Shown here: positions 1-9,421 of the stretch, piece after piece
Position numbering within the stretch: position 1 is the stretch's first letter
Layout: each line of letters starts with the position of its first letter
Assembly: GCA_002361485.1 (NCBI GenBank)
Contig: DESZ01000030.1
Location: 510-64,509, forward strand
DNA from: Cyanobacteria bacterium UBA3301
GTDB taxonomy: Bacteria; Cyanobacteriota; Vampirovibrionia; Gastranaerophilales; Gastranaerophilaceae
Length of the DNA stretch: 64,000 nt
Reading direction: 5' to 3'
The notes under the pieces: model-generated
What the model was told of the DNA's origin: nothing
Database searches by the model: none
What the model saw: only the letters and a program-made list of their open reading frames with translations
Position numbers and translations under genes: made by a program

Positions 1-3
1 TAT

Positions 4-40
4 AAAAACGAGTCTTCACAAACTATGAAGACTCGTTTTT
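4..40. terminator. intrinsic terminator hairpin, usable on either strand
   Basis: Perfect 15-bp inverted repeat aaaaacgagtcttca / tgaagactcgttttt with a 7-nt loop, flanked by an A-run and a T-run. It overlaps the stop of ORF 23..1036. Confidence 0.6.
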
Positions 41-1036
41 ATTGGTATTTTTTTGTATGAATTTGTCAATCTTTTCACCCATGTATGTTGAAAATATCGG
101 CAATATGCAATAATAAATTCCGGCAAAAATCAATGCAGGGCGTAAAATATTTATTCCCTCAACACATTTTGAAATATTAGGATTTGTAGGGTTTAATTTT
201 TTGAATTTTTCTATAAATTTGTCATTGTTATTCTTTAAAATCCCGTCAATTGTGTATCCGCCGATAAGAGTTATGGCAGTTGAAATTATATTGTTATAAA
301 TCAAAGCTTTTTTGCGATTTTCCTTTATATCTTTGCTTTTATTTGTATTATAAGCAAATGCAGAGGTTAAAAGCACATCGGTTCCGGCAGTTATGTGCTT
401 TGCAATATCTTTATCATTACTTTGATATTTTATTGCATATTGTTGTAATTTTTCTTTATCAATAATTTTTGCCAGCCCTTTAGCTAAAGTTTCATTCAAC
501 CCGCCCGTAAAATTAACATTATTATTACCGACAAAAAATGTCGGCTGATGATAATTTGTAACAGGTTTAGTTTCTTTTCCAAATTTTCGGAAGAACAATT
601 TATCCATAACAATCGGTATCAACGCTATTGTAAGCATTGATTTCGGGATTGCCGTAAAAAATCCCGTTGATAATTTTATTGTCTGAGTTAAAAGTTTATA
701 TGCACGGGGATTTTTTGATAAATTATCTATTGTCTTTGCAGTTAAAAATTTTTTCGGATTTTTGTCAATTTTTTTTACGGCATTTTCAATAGGGAGCGCA
801 ACCGCTTCAACTATTCCGAATTTTATTAAACCCGAGCAGATGGAATTTGCCATTGCATACTGCTTATTCTCAGTTTCAGTATCGGGAGTTTTGTTTATAG
901 CAAAAGGCCTTAAACTTGTTGATAATACAAGCGAAGTTGCTGCTGCAAAAGAGGTTCCGTGTTCGGAAATTTTTTCCAAACCCTTCAAAAAATATCTATT
1001 TTGCAATATTTTATTTGATAATTTGTTTATGCGCAT
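23..1036 (-). CDS. hypothetical polytopic membrane protein, no recognisable family
   Basis: 337-aa open frame with several hydrophobic helices (ICSGLIKFGIVEAVALPI, LTIALIPIVM, LIFAGIYYCILPIF). The N-terminal region loosely resembles ORF 42425..44494. A terminator sits at the 3' end. Confidence 0.6.
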   Translation of the reverse strand: MRINKLSNKILQNRYFLKGLEKISEHGTSFAAATSLVLSTSLRPFAINKTPDTETENKQYAMANSICSGLIKFGIVEAVALPIENAVKKIDKNPKKFLTAKTIDNLSKNPRAYKLLTQTIKLSTGFFTAIPKSMLTIALIPIVMDKLFFRKFGKETKPVTNYHQPTFFVGNNNVNFTGGLNETLAKGLAKIIDKEKLQQYAIKYQSNDKDIAKHITAGTDVLLTSAFAYNTNKSKDIKENRKKALIYNNIISTAITLIGGYTIDGILKNNNDKFIEKFKKLNPTNPNISKCVEGINILRPALIFAGIYYCILPIFSTYMGEKIDKFIQKNTNKNESS

Positions 1037-1065
1037 AGTTTACAACAATTATAATAGCGCAAAAT

Positions 1066-2658
1066 TTAGTCAAATAAAGCATTAATTTTATCTATAATAT
1101 CCTGCGGGTCAATTTCAGAAGTGATTTTATTTACGTCCTGCGCAATTTGATACAATTTTGCAGCCTCAATTTTATCACCCGTAATCGCAATAGAACGTGC
1201 CAGATTGAAATGTGCTAAAGCATAATTCGGATTGTATTCAACAGCTTTTTTAAACATTTCAATAGCTTCTTTTACTCTGCCCAAATCATCAAGATAGATA
1301 ACTCCAAGATTATTATATGCAATAGAATACGTATCATCATACTCTATCGCGTGTTTATATTCTCTTATTGCCTCTTCCGTATCGCCTTTACCCCAATATA
1401 AAAACGCAAGATTACAATGTATTTTTGCATTTTTAGGGTCTAAATCCAAAGCATTACGGTATACGGTCAGAGCATTTTCATAATCTTCTTTATCATAAAA
1501 AGCACTACCTAAATTGATATAAATATCAATATCTTCAGGAGTCATTAAATAAGCGCTTTGATACGAAGTAATCGCAGCATTGATATCTTTTTTAGACTCT
1601 TGGAATACAAACCCTAATGTTTGGTTGACAATACTTGTCCATTCTTTGCTCGGGTTCAATGTAACAGCAGTTTGGAAATGTGAAATAGCGCCGTCAACAT
1701 CACCCATAATATACAAAATATTTGCCAAATTTGAATGATATTCAGGCATATTCGGCATAATTTGAATTAATTTTTTATAAATTTCAACCGCATTTTCATA
1801 ATCGCCCATATCTTCATAAGCCTGACATAAATGCCTGTATGCCGGAATATTTAAGCTATCTAACCATATAGCCATCTTATATTCGGTTATTGCATCTTCA
1901 AATTTACCTAACGACGAATAAATATCTCCTAACAAGCAATATAAAGGCACAAACCCCGGAGCTTTATTTATTGCATCAATATAAACATCCAAAGCATTAT
2001 CCAAACCGCCGCTATTCATCTTCAAATAACCTTTTAATAATATCGGTAGAAATTTTATATAATTAAAAGATTCCTTTACTCTCGCAATTGCCTCTGAATC
2101 AAATGGCAGAGTTAATATAGCCAGAACATACTCATAATAAGATTTAATTTTATTTTTAAATATTCTGAAAGATGATACCTGATATAAATTATACAAAAGA
2201 TGATGCGCACTTGAACTTGTTAAGGGTGCATATTTTATTGCCGATTTTGCATTATCAATAGCGTCCGTAAAGCGCGCTTTTTTTGTATAAGTCCTTGCAA
2301 GCATATAATATGCCTTTGCATATTTAGGATTTTTCTTTATCGCGTTATTAAAATAATTTACCGCCTTATCAAGTTCGCCTTTATGAAACCATGCAACACC
2401 GATTTTATAGTAAATTTCAGAGGAATCAATAGACTCTAAAGCCAATTGATATTCGGTAATTGCCTCATCAATATATTGACAAGATGAATATATATCTAAA
2501 TGCCAAGCCAAATATAAATCACCTAAACGCAAATGCAGCAACGCATTTGTCGGATCTTTCTGCAAACCTATCTGGCATAATTCAATTGCCGATTTCACAT
2601 TCCCCGTAGTTACCTGTTTTTTTATTTGTTTATCTAATGTTTTTAAATCGTTTTTCAT
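1066..2658 (-). CDS. tetratricopeptide (TPR) repeat protein
   Basis: Many 34-aa TPR-like units (e.g. AIEMFKKAVEYNPNYALAHFNLA, ALTVYRNALDLDPKNAKIHCNLA). I start it at the internal ATG at 2658 (MKNDLKTL). The ORF track extends to 2745 through an AT-rich, hydrophobic, implausible leader. Confidence 0.8.
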   Translation of the reverse strand: MKNDLKTLDKQIKKQVTTGNVKSAIELCQIGLQKDPTNALLHLRLGDLYLAWHLDIYSSCQYIDEAITEYQLALESIDSSEIYYKIGVAWFHKGELDKAVNYFNNAIKKNPKYAKAYYMLARTYTKKARFTDAIDNAKSAIKYAPLTSSSAHHLLYNLYQVSSFRIFKNKIKSYYEYVLAILTLPFDSEAIARVKESFNYIKFLPILLKGYLKMNSGGLDNALDVYIDAINKAPGFVPLYCLLGDIYSSLGKFEDAITEYKMAIWLDSLNIPAYRHLCQAYEDMGDYENAVEIYKKLIQIMPNMPEYHSNLANILYIMGDVDGAISHFQTAVTLNPSKEWTSIVNQTLGFVFQESKKDINAAITSYQSAYLMTPEDIDIYINLGSAFYDKEDYENALTVYRNALDLDPKNAKIHCNLAFLYWGKGDTEEAIREYKHAIEYDDTYSIAYNNLGVIYLDDLGRVKEAIEMFKKAVEYNPNYALAHFNLARSIAITGDKIEAAKLYQIAQDVNKITSEIDPQDIIDKINALFD

Positions 2659-2776
2659 AATTCTCTTTATATCCGTTATCACTATTATTCTAATGAAATT
2701 AACACTAAAAAGCAAGTTATAAAAAATCCTCTTTTTAATGGGCAAAAAAATTTTCTTTTCGGTTTAAAATAAAGGT

Positions 2777-3451
2777 ATGAGCGGTAACGAAAATAACAAG
2801 TTAAACAATAATATATTTTCACAAGGTTTCGGATTTAAGTCCGTTAACCCGTTTGATGCTGCATCAGCCTCGTTTACACAAAATTTTAATCAAATTCCTA
2901 AAGCTCAACGGAGATTAAACGGATATGATTCAACAATATTAAACAAAGCGAACTTTGATCAAGTTCAAGAGCCTGATTTGAGTATGGATTTCAGAATAAA
3001 AGAAAAAGAAACCATATTAAAAGAGCTTGATGAAAAAATAAAATTATCCGATAACTACGGCAACCAAGGAGAATCTTTAAGCCTAAAAGCTAAACGCCAA
3101 AGAATTTATCAGGAATTAAACACACTAAAAAAACAACAAATATATGGCTCACAGGGGTTATCTGAAGATAAATTTTCTCACAATACTTTAAAATACAAAA
3201 TGCCTGTGTTGTATAAGATAAACAACTTTATATCGCGCCGTATATTAGCAAAAGTTTCAAAGAAAATAAATTCTGTTGTCGCACTAAGCGATTCATTAGA
3301 ACAATTATCAGACATCAGCAAAAGCGTTGATGAATTGGTTGGGATGAATATTCCTTATGGAGAAAAAGTTCAAAACTACGAAAAATTAACCCAATATTTA
3401 AGTCAGGCAAATGCCATTCATACAAAGATATCTAAAACGTTGAGGAAATAA
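2777..3451 (+). CDS. hypothetical protein, coiled-coil rich
   Basis: 224-aa ORF filling the gap between flanking genes. It has heptad-like charged segments and no recognisable motif. Confidence 0.55.
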   Translation: MSGNENNKLNNNIFSQGFGFKSVNPFDAASASFTQNFNQIPKAQRRLNGYDSTILNKANFDQVQEPDLSMDFRIKEKETILKELDEKIKLSDNYGNQGESLSLKAKRQRIYQELNTLKKQQIYGSQGLSEDKFSHNTLKYKMPVLYKINNFISRRILAKVSKKINSVVALSDSLEQLSDISKSVDELVGMNIPYGEKVQNYEKLTQYLSQANAIHTKISKTLRK

Positions 3452-3561
3452 AAAAGATGCGTGAAAGCTTGAACGCGTAGAGGCAAAGTCTAAAAACAAA
3501 ACGGACTATGCATCTGTGCATCTAATTACTATTTACAGATTGAACACTATTTGAACACGAT

Positions 3562-3601
3562 AGAAAATAAAAATGCTTAATCCCATACGGCTCAAGCATT
3601 T
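3562..3601 (-). terminator. possible intrinsic terminator downstream of tRNA-Pro
   Basis: On the minus strand, AAATGCTT and AAGCATTT form an 8-bp stem with a 15-nt loop, followed by TTATTTTC. The stem is weak and AT-rich. Confidence 0.4.
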
Positions 3602-3607
3602 ATAAAA

Positions 3608-3681
3608 TCGGGATGACAGGATTTGAACCTGCGGCCCCTTCGTCCCGAACGAAGTGCGCTACCAAGCTGCGCTACATCCCG
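3608..3681 (-). tRNA. tRNA-Pro (anticodon CGG)
   Basis: The reverse complement folds as a full cloverleaf: CGGGATG TA GCGC AGCTTGGTA GCGC A CTTCG TTCGGGA CGAAG GGGCC GCAGG TTCAAAT CCTGT CATCCCG A. It is 74 nt with G37 and no encoded CCA. Confidence 0.92.
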
Positions 3682-3891
3682 ATATTTAGTTGTCAAGTTG
3701 AAAACTTTCGTTTTCAACGGTGCGCTACCACCTCTCGAAAAAACAATTCACCGGATTGTTTTTTCTCGGCAGAGTGCTACATCCCGATATTTAGTTGTCA
3801 AGTTGAAAACTTTCGTTTTCAAGGGTGCGCTACCATCTCTCGGAAAAACAATTCACCGGATTGTTTTTTCTCGGCAGAGTGCTACATCCCG
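3671..3891 (-). repeat. 105-bp tandem repeat (2 full units plus an 11-nt third start) beginning with the 5' end of tRNA-Pro
   Basis: The plus-strand string gctacatcccg occurs at 3671, 3776 and 3881, an exact 105-bp period. The two full units differ at only 3 positions. Confidence 0.95.
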
Positions 3892-3963
3892 GGGGTAAAT
3901 ATTGCTACCAATGGTTGCAATACTTACTCATATCTTTGTTTTAATGTACAAATTACATAGTTT

Positions 3964-3972
3964 ATTATACCA
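3964..3972 (-). promoter_or_regulatory. candidate extended -10 promoter element (TGGTATAAT) for the repeat plus tRNA-Pro transcript
   Basis: The minus strand reads TGGTATAAT, matching TGnTATAAT, directly after the fadD-like stop and about 70 nt upstream of the outermost pseudo-5' end. Confidence 0.4.
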
Positions 3973-3982
3973 CCAACAAAAT

Positions 3983-5665
3983 TTATTTTCCACATTCTGC
4001 CAAAAGAGCTTTAACTTCTTTGCGTTTTACTTTGCTGGTTGCGGTTCTCGGCAAACCGGTTTGTCTTACCACAATGTTAATCGGACGTTTATATGACGCT
4101 AATTGTAATGACAAACTTTTTACTTCTTTATGAACCGCGGTTTCAACTTCATCAAAGTTTGAATAAGAATTGATGACTTCTTCTGTCGGAACAATCACGG
4201 CAACAATTTCTTCACAACCGTCTTTTTCTCCGCCTGCTTTCGGCATACCGACAACACAGACTTCCGCAAATTTATCACTTTGCTGTAATACTGTTTCAAC
4301 TTCTTCAGGGAATACTTTCTTACCGCCTGATAAAACTATCATATTCTTAATTCTACCTGTTATATATAATAATCCATTGCGGATTTCTGCGATATCACCT
4401 GTATGAAACCAACCGTCAGCTTCTAAAACTTCGTCAGTCAAATCTTGTCTGCCATAATAACCTTTCATAACTGATGGCCCTTTAACTAACAATTCTCCTG
4501 TTTCGGAATCGATTTTTGCTTCATAAGAATCTAAAATAGGTCCAACAGAACGCATATTATCCTGATTTGGATTATTACACATTGAAACAACCGGACTTGT
4601 TTCTGATAATCCGTAACCCTGGAATATTCTTACACCGATTCTTTTAAACCATGCGCCCACAATAGGATCTAACGGCGCACCACCCGAAATGTACCCGAAG
4701 AAATGTTTTCCGTATAATCGGTGAATTGTTCTAAACATTAATCTTCTGATATAAAAAGGCATAAATGCCGCCAAATGATATTTTATATTAAATATCATTT
4801 TGTACATTGCTGATTTTTTACTTATTTCCGATTCAAAATACGATTTTAAAAGCTTCAAAAACGCAGGAACCGTAACCATAAAACGAATTTTCTTTTCCTG
4901 CATAATGTCTAAAATATCTTTCGGTTTTAAACTGCTTGTATAATATACGGAATATCCGTGAGTCAACATTGTGAAAAACCCAACGGTCATTTCAAATAAA
5001 TGATTCATAGGCAATATCGACAACAAACGCATTTCTTTATTTTTAGGCATCATGCTTTTTAATACTTTGCGCATACCATACATTTGAGCAAGCATATTTT
5101 TGTATGTAGTTTGAACACCTTTTGGTGCACCTGTTGTACCTGAAGTATAAATAATCAATGCCGTATCATGCAAAGGTCTTCTGCGCCATTTTGCACTATA
5201 ATTCGCAGGGATTGAATACAAACTCGGAGTATTTTCACATTCGTATTCAGATGCTTCCATCAAAATTATATGTTTTATAGACGGAATTTTGGACTGTAAT
5301 TCCTGTGCTTTTTTATAATTTTTGCTTGATGTCATCAATACTGTCGGTTCACAACTTGATAATATTGATGTCAATTCATATATTGTTAATTTATTATCCA
5401 AAGGAACAATAGTTAACCCTGCCAACACAGAGCCAAATACGCAAACACCATATTCAGGTAAAGATTCTGAGAGTATCGCCAATTTCTCGCCTTTTGGGAT
5501 TTGTAAATCATTTATCAGATATGCACCCAGGCGTTCTGCTAACAAGCTCAAACCTTTATATGTAAATTCATTCCAGCCCCATAAAGTTTTCATGCCTAAT
5601 GCAACTTTTTTTTGGTTTGTCGCAGTTGTTTTTTCTAATAATGAAAATATGCTCTCGTATTTCAT
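3983..5665 (-). CDS. fadD: AMP-dependent acyl-CoA synthetase (long-chain fatty acid-CoA ligase-like)
   Basis: AMP-binding signature IIYTSGTTGAPKGV, plus GYGLSETSP, WFHTGD and a C-terminal PRTATSKVKR motif. 560 aa. Confidence 0.85.
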   Translation of the reverse strand: MKYESIFSLLEKTTATNQKKVALGMKTLWGWNEFTYKGLSLLAERLGAYLINDLQIPKGEKLAILSESLPEYGVCVFGSVLAGLTIVPLDNKLTIYELTSILSSCEPTVLMTSSKNYKKAQELQSKIPSIKHIILMEASEYECENTPSLYSIPANYSAKWRRRPLHDTALIIYTSGTTGAPKGVQTTYKNMLAQMYGMRKVLKSMMPKNKEMRLLSILPMNHLFEMTVGFFTMLTHGYSVYYTSSLKPKDILDIMQEKKIRFMVTVPAFLKLLKSYFESEISKKSAMYKMIFNIKYHLAAFMPFYIRRLMFRTIHRLYGKHFFGYISGGAPLDPIVGAWFKRIGVRIFQGYGLSETSPVVSMCNNPNQDNMRSVGPILDSYEAKIDSETGELLVKGPSVMKGYYGRQDLTDEVLEADGWFHTGDIAEIRNGLLYITGRIKNMIVLSGGKKVFPEEVETVLQQSDKFAEVCVVGMPKAGGEKDGCEEIVAVIVPTEEVINSYSNFDEVETAVHKEVKSLSLQLASYKRPINIVVRQTGLPRTATSKVKRKEVKALLAECGK

Positions 5666-5797
5666 ATTGCTATCCCTCTAATATATTGCCGTTTGTTATT
5701 CTAGCGCAAAAATATTATTATGCAATATTTAAGCGCGCAAATTTACAAATTTACGTTTTTTATATTTTATGCTATTCTAAAGAAAAGGGATATACTA

Positions 5798-7693
5798 ATG
5801 CAAATCCAAAAGATATACTCAACTACATGCAAAAGTGTTTATTTTGAACGCAAACTCACAAAAGAAGAAGAACAGGATTACAAAAACAATGTAATAAAGC
5901 CTGCTCTTGATTATTTGGGTGTAAAAGAATTTGCAATGATTTTGCACGGTTCATCCTATCCGCAGAGCGAAAACGACATAAAAATAGGCACTCCTTACGG
6001 TAAAGTAGCTGCACAGCTTATGCCTTTTGAATTATTACACGGATTCAATTCCAATCAATTAGGACCGACAGGAGAATTAACTTCCAAACAGAAAATTTCG
6101 CCTTACGAATCCTCTGTTGGCTCAAAAAATTATTTATTCATTGATTTTGATAAATTAACTCAAAAAGAATACGGCAGATTACTTACCAAATATGATATAG
6201 AAAGTTTAACCGGAATTACTGCCGAACAAAATAAGGCTAATTACGCTTATTCGAATTTCCCTGATGCCTTCGGAAATTACGAATATTTGATAAATAAAGC
6301 ATACGAAAATTACCTTGAAAAAATTACAAATGATTACAAAAAAGTTAATTATATAATCAATTTAGAAAAGGAATATACGGATTTTTGCGACAAAAATCGG
6401 GATAAATTGAATAATTCAGCACTATATCATGTTTTAAAAAATCACTACGGCACTGATGATTTTACCAAATGGGACGAAATTGACAAAAATCTTATAAAAA
6501 ATATTGATAAACAGGACTCACAAAAAAGAATAATACACTTAAGCCAAATATACGCAAGAGATTTAGCAACATATAAATTTGCTCAATTTATTCTTGATAA
6601 ACAAATAAAAGAAAATACTCGATTACGAAAAGATTTGGGATTTAAGTATATAAGCGATATGCTTGTAGGATTTTCTCCGGCTGATGAATGGGCTAATCAA
6701 GATTTATTTTTAAAAGATTTCAGACTTGGCTGTCCTTATGGCGGACCTGACGGAGGGTTGCAAAAATGGGGAGTTCCCGTACTTGACCCTAAAAAATTAT
6801 TCAATCAAGACGGGACATTAGGCGAAGGCGGAAAACTTTTAAAATCCAAATTGGACGATTGTTTGACAAATTTTGACAATGTAAGAATTGATCACGTATT
6901 AGGACTTATCGACCCTTATATTTACTCAAAAGACGGAAGCATTCAGGGCAATATTTCTTCAATGGAATATTTAGACCCTGATAAAAATTATCAAAAAATT
7001 CTAAATAAAATTATATTACCGACATTGAGAGAACATGGGCTGGATAAAAATTCACCGGTCTGGGAAGACACAGTTACTGAAACAGAAGCATTTAACAGGA
7101 TTTATCATTATGAAAATAATATTCCTGGATTAACGCCTTTAGAATACGCGAAAGGCGAGCCGTATTGGGATAGCGAGAACTGGGCGTTGGTAGGTTCTCA
7201 CGACTCAGATCCGGCAAACATTATGATACAGAAAGATTGGATACGCGAAAATGAAGCTTGGAGTCCTATGTATTTGGCAGGAGTACTAAATGCCGCACAT
7301 GACAGCAGAGAATACTGCCAAAAAATTGCACAAAGTGATGCCGAAAGAGTTAAAGCTAAATTTGCTGAACTATTTATGGTCGGAGATAAAGTGCAAATGT
7401 CTTTTGCCGATTTTTTCGGAATTGATAAAACATATAATCAGGGCGGGAATAACAAAAACCCGAATAATTGGAAATTACGCTTAAATAAAGATTATGAAAG
7501 CGATTATTATAAAAACCTTTCTTCCGAAAATCCGACAGCTGTTAACATGCCTGAAGTCTTAGGTCTGGCAGTTAAAGGTCAAGCGGATATGAGAAAAGTT
7601 AAAAACCAACCTGATATTCCGCAGGAAGAAATTGACTATTTACTTACAAAACTTGCAAGATACGAAAAAATATTGAAAGAACCCGAAGAATAA
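5798..7693 (+). CDS. malQ: 4-alpha-glucanotransferase (GH77 amylomaltase-like)
   Basis: GH77-like catalytic motifs VRIDHVLGL, VWEDT and GSHDSDP. Start placed at ATG 5798, which is preceded by AAAAGGGA. The track ORF begins at 5720. Confidence 0.7.
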   Translation: MQIQKIYSTTCKSVYFERKLTKEEEQDYKNNVIKPALDYLGVKEFAMILHGSSYPQSENDIKIGTPYGKVAAQLMPFELLHGFNSNQLGPTGELTSKQKISPYESSVGSKNYLFIDFDKLTQKEYGRLLTKYDIESLTGITAEQNKANYAYSNFPDAFGNYEYLINKAYENYLEKITNDYKKVNYIINLEKEYTDFCDKNRDKLNNSALYHVLKNHYGTDDFTKWDEIDKNLIKNIDKQDSQKRIIHLSQIYARDLATYKFAQFILDKQIKENTRLRKDLGFKYISDMLVGFSPADEWANQDLFLKDFRLGCPYGGPDGGLQKWGVPVLDPKKLFNQDGTLGEGGKLLKSKLDDCLTNFDNVRIDHVLGLIDPYIYSKDGSIQGNISSMEYLDPDKNYQKILNKIILPTLREHGLDKNSPVWEDTVTETEAFNRIYHYENNIPGLTPLEYAKGEPYWDSENWALVGSHDSDPANIMIQKDWIRENEAWSPMYLAGVLNAAHDSREYCQKIAQSDAERVKAKFAELFMVGDKVQMSFADFFGIDKTYNQGGNNKNPNNWKLRLNKDYESDYYKNLSSENPTAVNMPEVLGLAVKGQADMRKVKNQPDIPQEEIDYLLTKLARYEKILKEPEE

Positions 7694-7785
7694 TCGAAGA
7701 ACTTACATTCCGTTTCGTATACAATCGGGGAATTGTAATAATTATATAAACTTCTATTATAATATCTGAAAGGAGTTATACGGTT

Positions 7786-8346
7786 ATGGACGAAAATCAA
7801 ACAAATATTGAAAATGTAACAATAGAGAATGATTCGGATAAAAGACATCATTGTTCTGTTTGGAAATGTATTTTGATGGGAATTTTAATTTTTCTTGGCG
7901 CATTTTGTGCCGCTTATGTAATTCTTGATTGGTATTTTAAATCTTTTTTAATTCCAAACACTATGTTATATCCTGATTACGGAATGGAAAAATTTATCAA
8001 ACATGATTTTGACAGAATGGAAAAATTTGCACGGAATAATAACAAAATTTTGCAGGAAAAATCATCAAATATTATTCGCATAAAGCAAGATGATAATGAA
8101 TATAAAATCTATATAGATTTAAAAGCTTTTGACAATAATGAAAACAACGTAAATATAATAAACGAAAATAATACCCTTACAATAAACGGAAAATCAATCA
8201 AAAAATCAAAAAATCAGGAACATATTTTACGATTTCAACAAAGCTATATGTTCGGAGATAATGTAGATTTGAATAATCTCAAAAAAGAAACTGACGGTGA
8301 GTATCTTGTAGTTTCACTTCCAATAAATAAAGGTAATAATGATTAG
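7786..8346 (+). CDS. membrane-anchored Hsp20/alpha-crystallin domain protein
   Basis: N-terminal TM helix (ILMGILIFLGAFCAAYVILDWYF). The C-terminal region has an alpha-crystallin-like pattern: NEYKIYIDLKAF...LTINGKS...FQQSYMFGDNVDLNNLKKETDGEYLVVSLPI. Confidence 0.6.
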   Translation: MDENQTNIENVTIENDSDKRHHCSVWKCILMGILIFLGAFCAAYVILDWYFKSFLIPNTMLYPDYGMEKFIKHDFDRMEKFARNNNKILQEKSSNIIRIKQDDNEYKIYIDLKAFDNNENNVNIINENNTLTINGKSIKKSKNQEHILRFQQSYMFGDNVDLNNLKKETDGEYLVVSLPINKGNND

Positions 8347-8355
8347 AATAAAAAA

Positions 8356-8388
8356 ATAAAGGATATTTATTTATCCTTTATTTTTTTA
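8356..8388 (+). terminator. intrinsic terminator
   Basis: ataaaggata / tatcctttat form a 10-bp stem with a 6-nt loop, followed by a 7-T run. Confidence 0.75.
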
Positions 8389-8400
8389 TATAATACCATT

Positions 8401-8889
8401 ATGAAGATTTTAGGAATAGATCCGGGAATGGCGATAGTCGGGTATTGTATTCTCGATTTTGACGGGAAAAATATTATACTCGAACATTCAGGTTCAATTC
8501 AGACAGATAAAAATAAGGGTGAGAGCGCAAGGTTATTGGAAATTTTCAATGATATCAAAACCATTATTGAAACATATAAACCTGATGTTTGTGCAATAGA
8601 GAAATTATTTTTCTTCAGGAACTATACAACAGTTATGCCCGTTGCACACGCTCGCGGGGTAATATTATTGGCTTTGGAACAATTTAATATTCCTGTTTAT
8701 GAATACACTCCGATTGAAGTGAAACAAATTCTTACAGGTTACGGCAGGGCAACGAAAAAAGAAGTTGAACAGATGGTAAAAATAAGTTTAAATGTCGATA
8801 AACTGCCCAAACTTGATGATACGGTCGATTCTATTGCGATTGCTATTTGCTACACAAGACGCGAAGGACTTGAAGCAAGGTTTACTTAA
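8401..8889 (+). CDS. ruvC: crossover junction endodeoxyribonuclease RuvC
   Basis: Typical RuvC N-terminus MKILGIDPGMAIVGY, with the acidic residues and length (162 aa) expected for RuvC. Confidence 0.9.
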   Translation: MKILGIDPGMAIVGYCILDFDGKNIILEHSGSIQTDKNKGESARLLEIFNDIKTIIETYKPDVCAIEKLFFFRNYTTVMPVAHARGVILLALEQFNIPVYEYTPIEVKQILTGYGRATKKEVEQMVKISLNVDKLPKLDDTVDSIAIAICYTRREGLEARFT

Positions 8890-8928
8890 TAAATTGTGTT
8901 TATATTTTTAAAATGCTAAAATATTTTT

Positions 8929-9408
8929 ATGGATAAATCCGTATTTAAAAGTTTTGTAGTTTTAAGTTTAATTGTCGGCATAATATTTGGAGTGCTTTCA
9001 CCTGTTCCGATACTGGGAACGATTGTATTATTGGCTTTATTATTTTTGTCTGCACCATTAGTAATGATTTATCTTATAATGGACGGCAAATTCGATTTGG
9101 AAACCATCAAAGACAGTATCGTATACGGTGCAATAGCAGGAATGTTTGCTAATATTTCTTTTGCGTTTACTTATGCAATAATCACCGCAATAATATACGC
9201 AATAACGCAATACAGTTCTAATTTGCTGCTAACAACCATGATAATAAATTCACCGATTTGGCTTCTTATTGTTGTAATATTGTTTATGGGTGTACTGACA
9301 GCAACTACAAATGCGTTTTCAGGTCTTGCAACTTATTATGCAATTAATTTAATCAGAGATATATACGAGAAAAAACATAACAATAGTAATAACAATTTTA
9401 AATTATAA
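8929..9408 (+). CDS. hypothetical integral membrane protein
   Basis: 159 aa with four clear hydrophobic helices and no family motif. Confidence 0.6.
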   Translation: MDKSVFKSFVVLSLIVGIIFGVLSPVPILGTIVLLALLFLSAPLVMIYLIMDGKFDLETIKDSIVYGAIAGMFANISFAFTYAIITAIIYAITQYSSNLLLTTMIINSPIWLLIVVILFMGVLTATTNAFSGLATYYAINLIRDIYEKKHNNSNNNFKL

Positions 9409-9421
9409 AAAGGAATATAAA

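Noticed and set aside
3671-3891. Considered a CRISPR array or a DGR template/variable repeat pair for the two tRNA-linked repeat arrays (also 38733..39047)
   Set aside because: The sequence between the short repeated cores is itself repeated at about 97% identity, so there are no unique spacers. The differences between copies are not adenine-specific. No cas gene or reverse transcriptase gene is present in the window.
3613-3960. Plus-strand ORFs of 115 aa and 91 aa (3613..3960 and 3623..3898) with internally repeated peptide sequence
   Set aside because: They run antisense through tRNA-Pro and its 105-bp repeats. They are open only because the period is a multiple of 3 and the units are near-identical. 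They have no SD and no protein-like composition.
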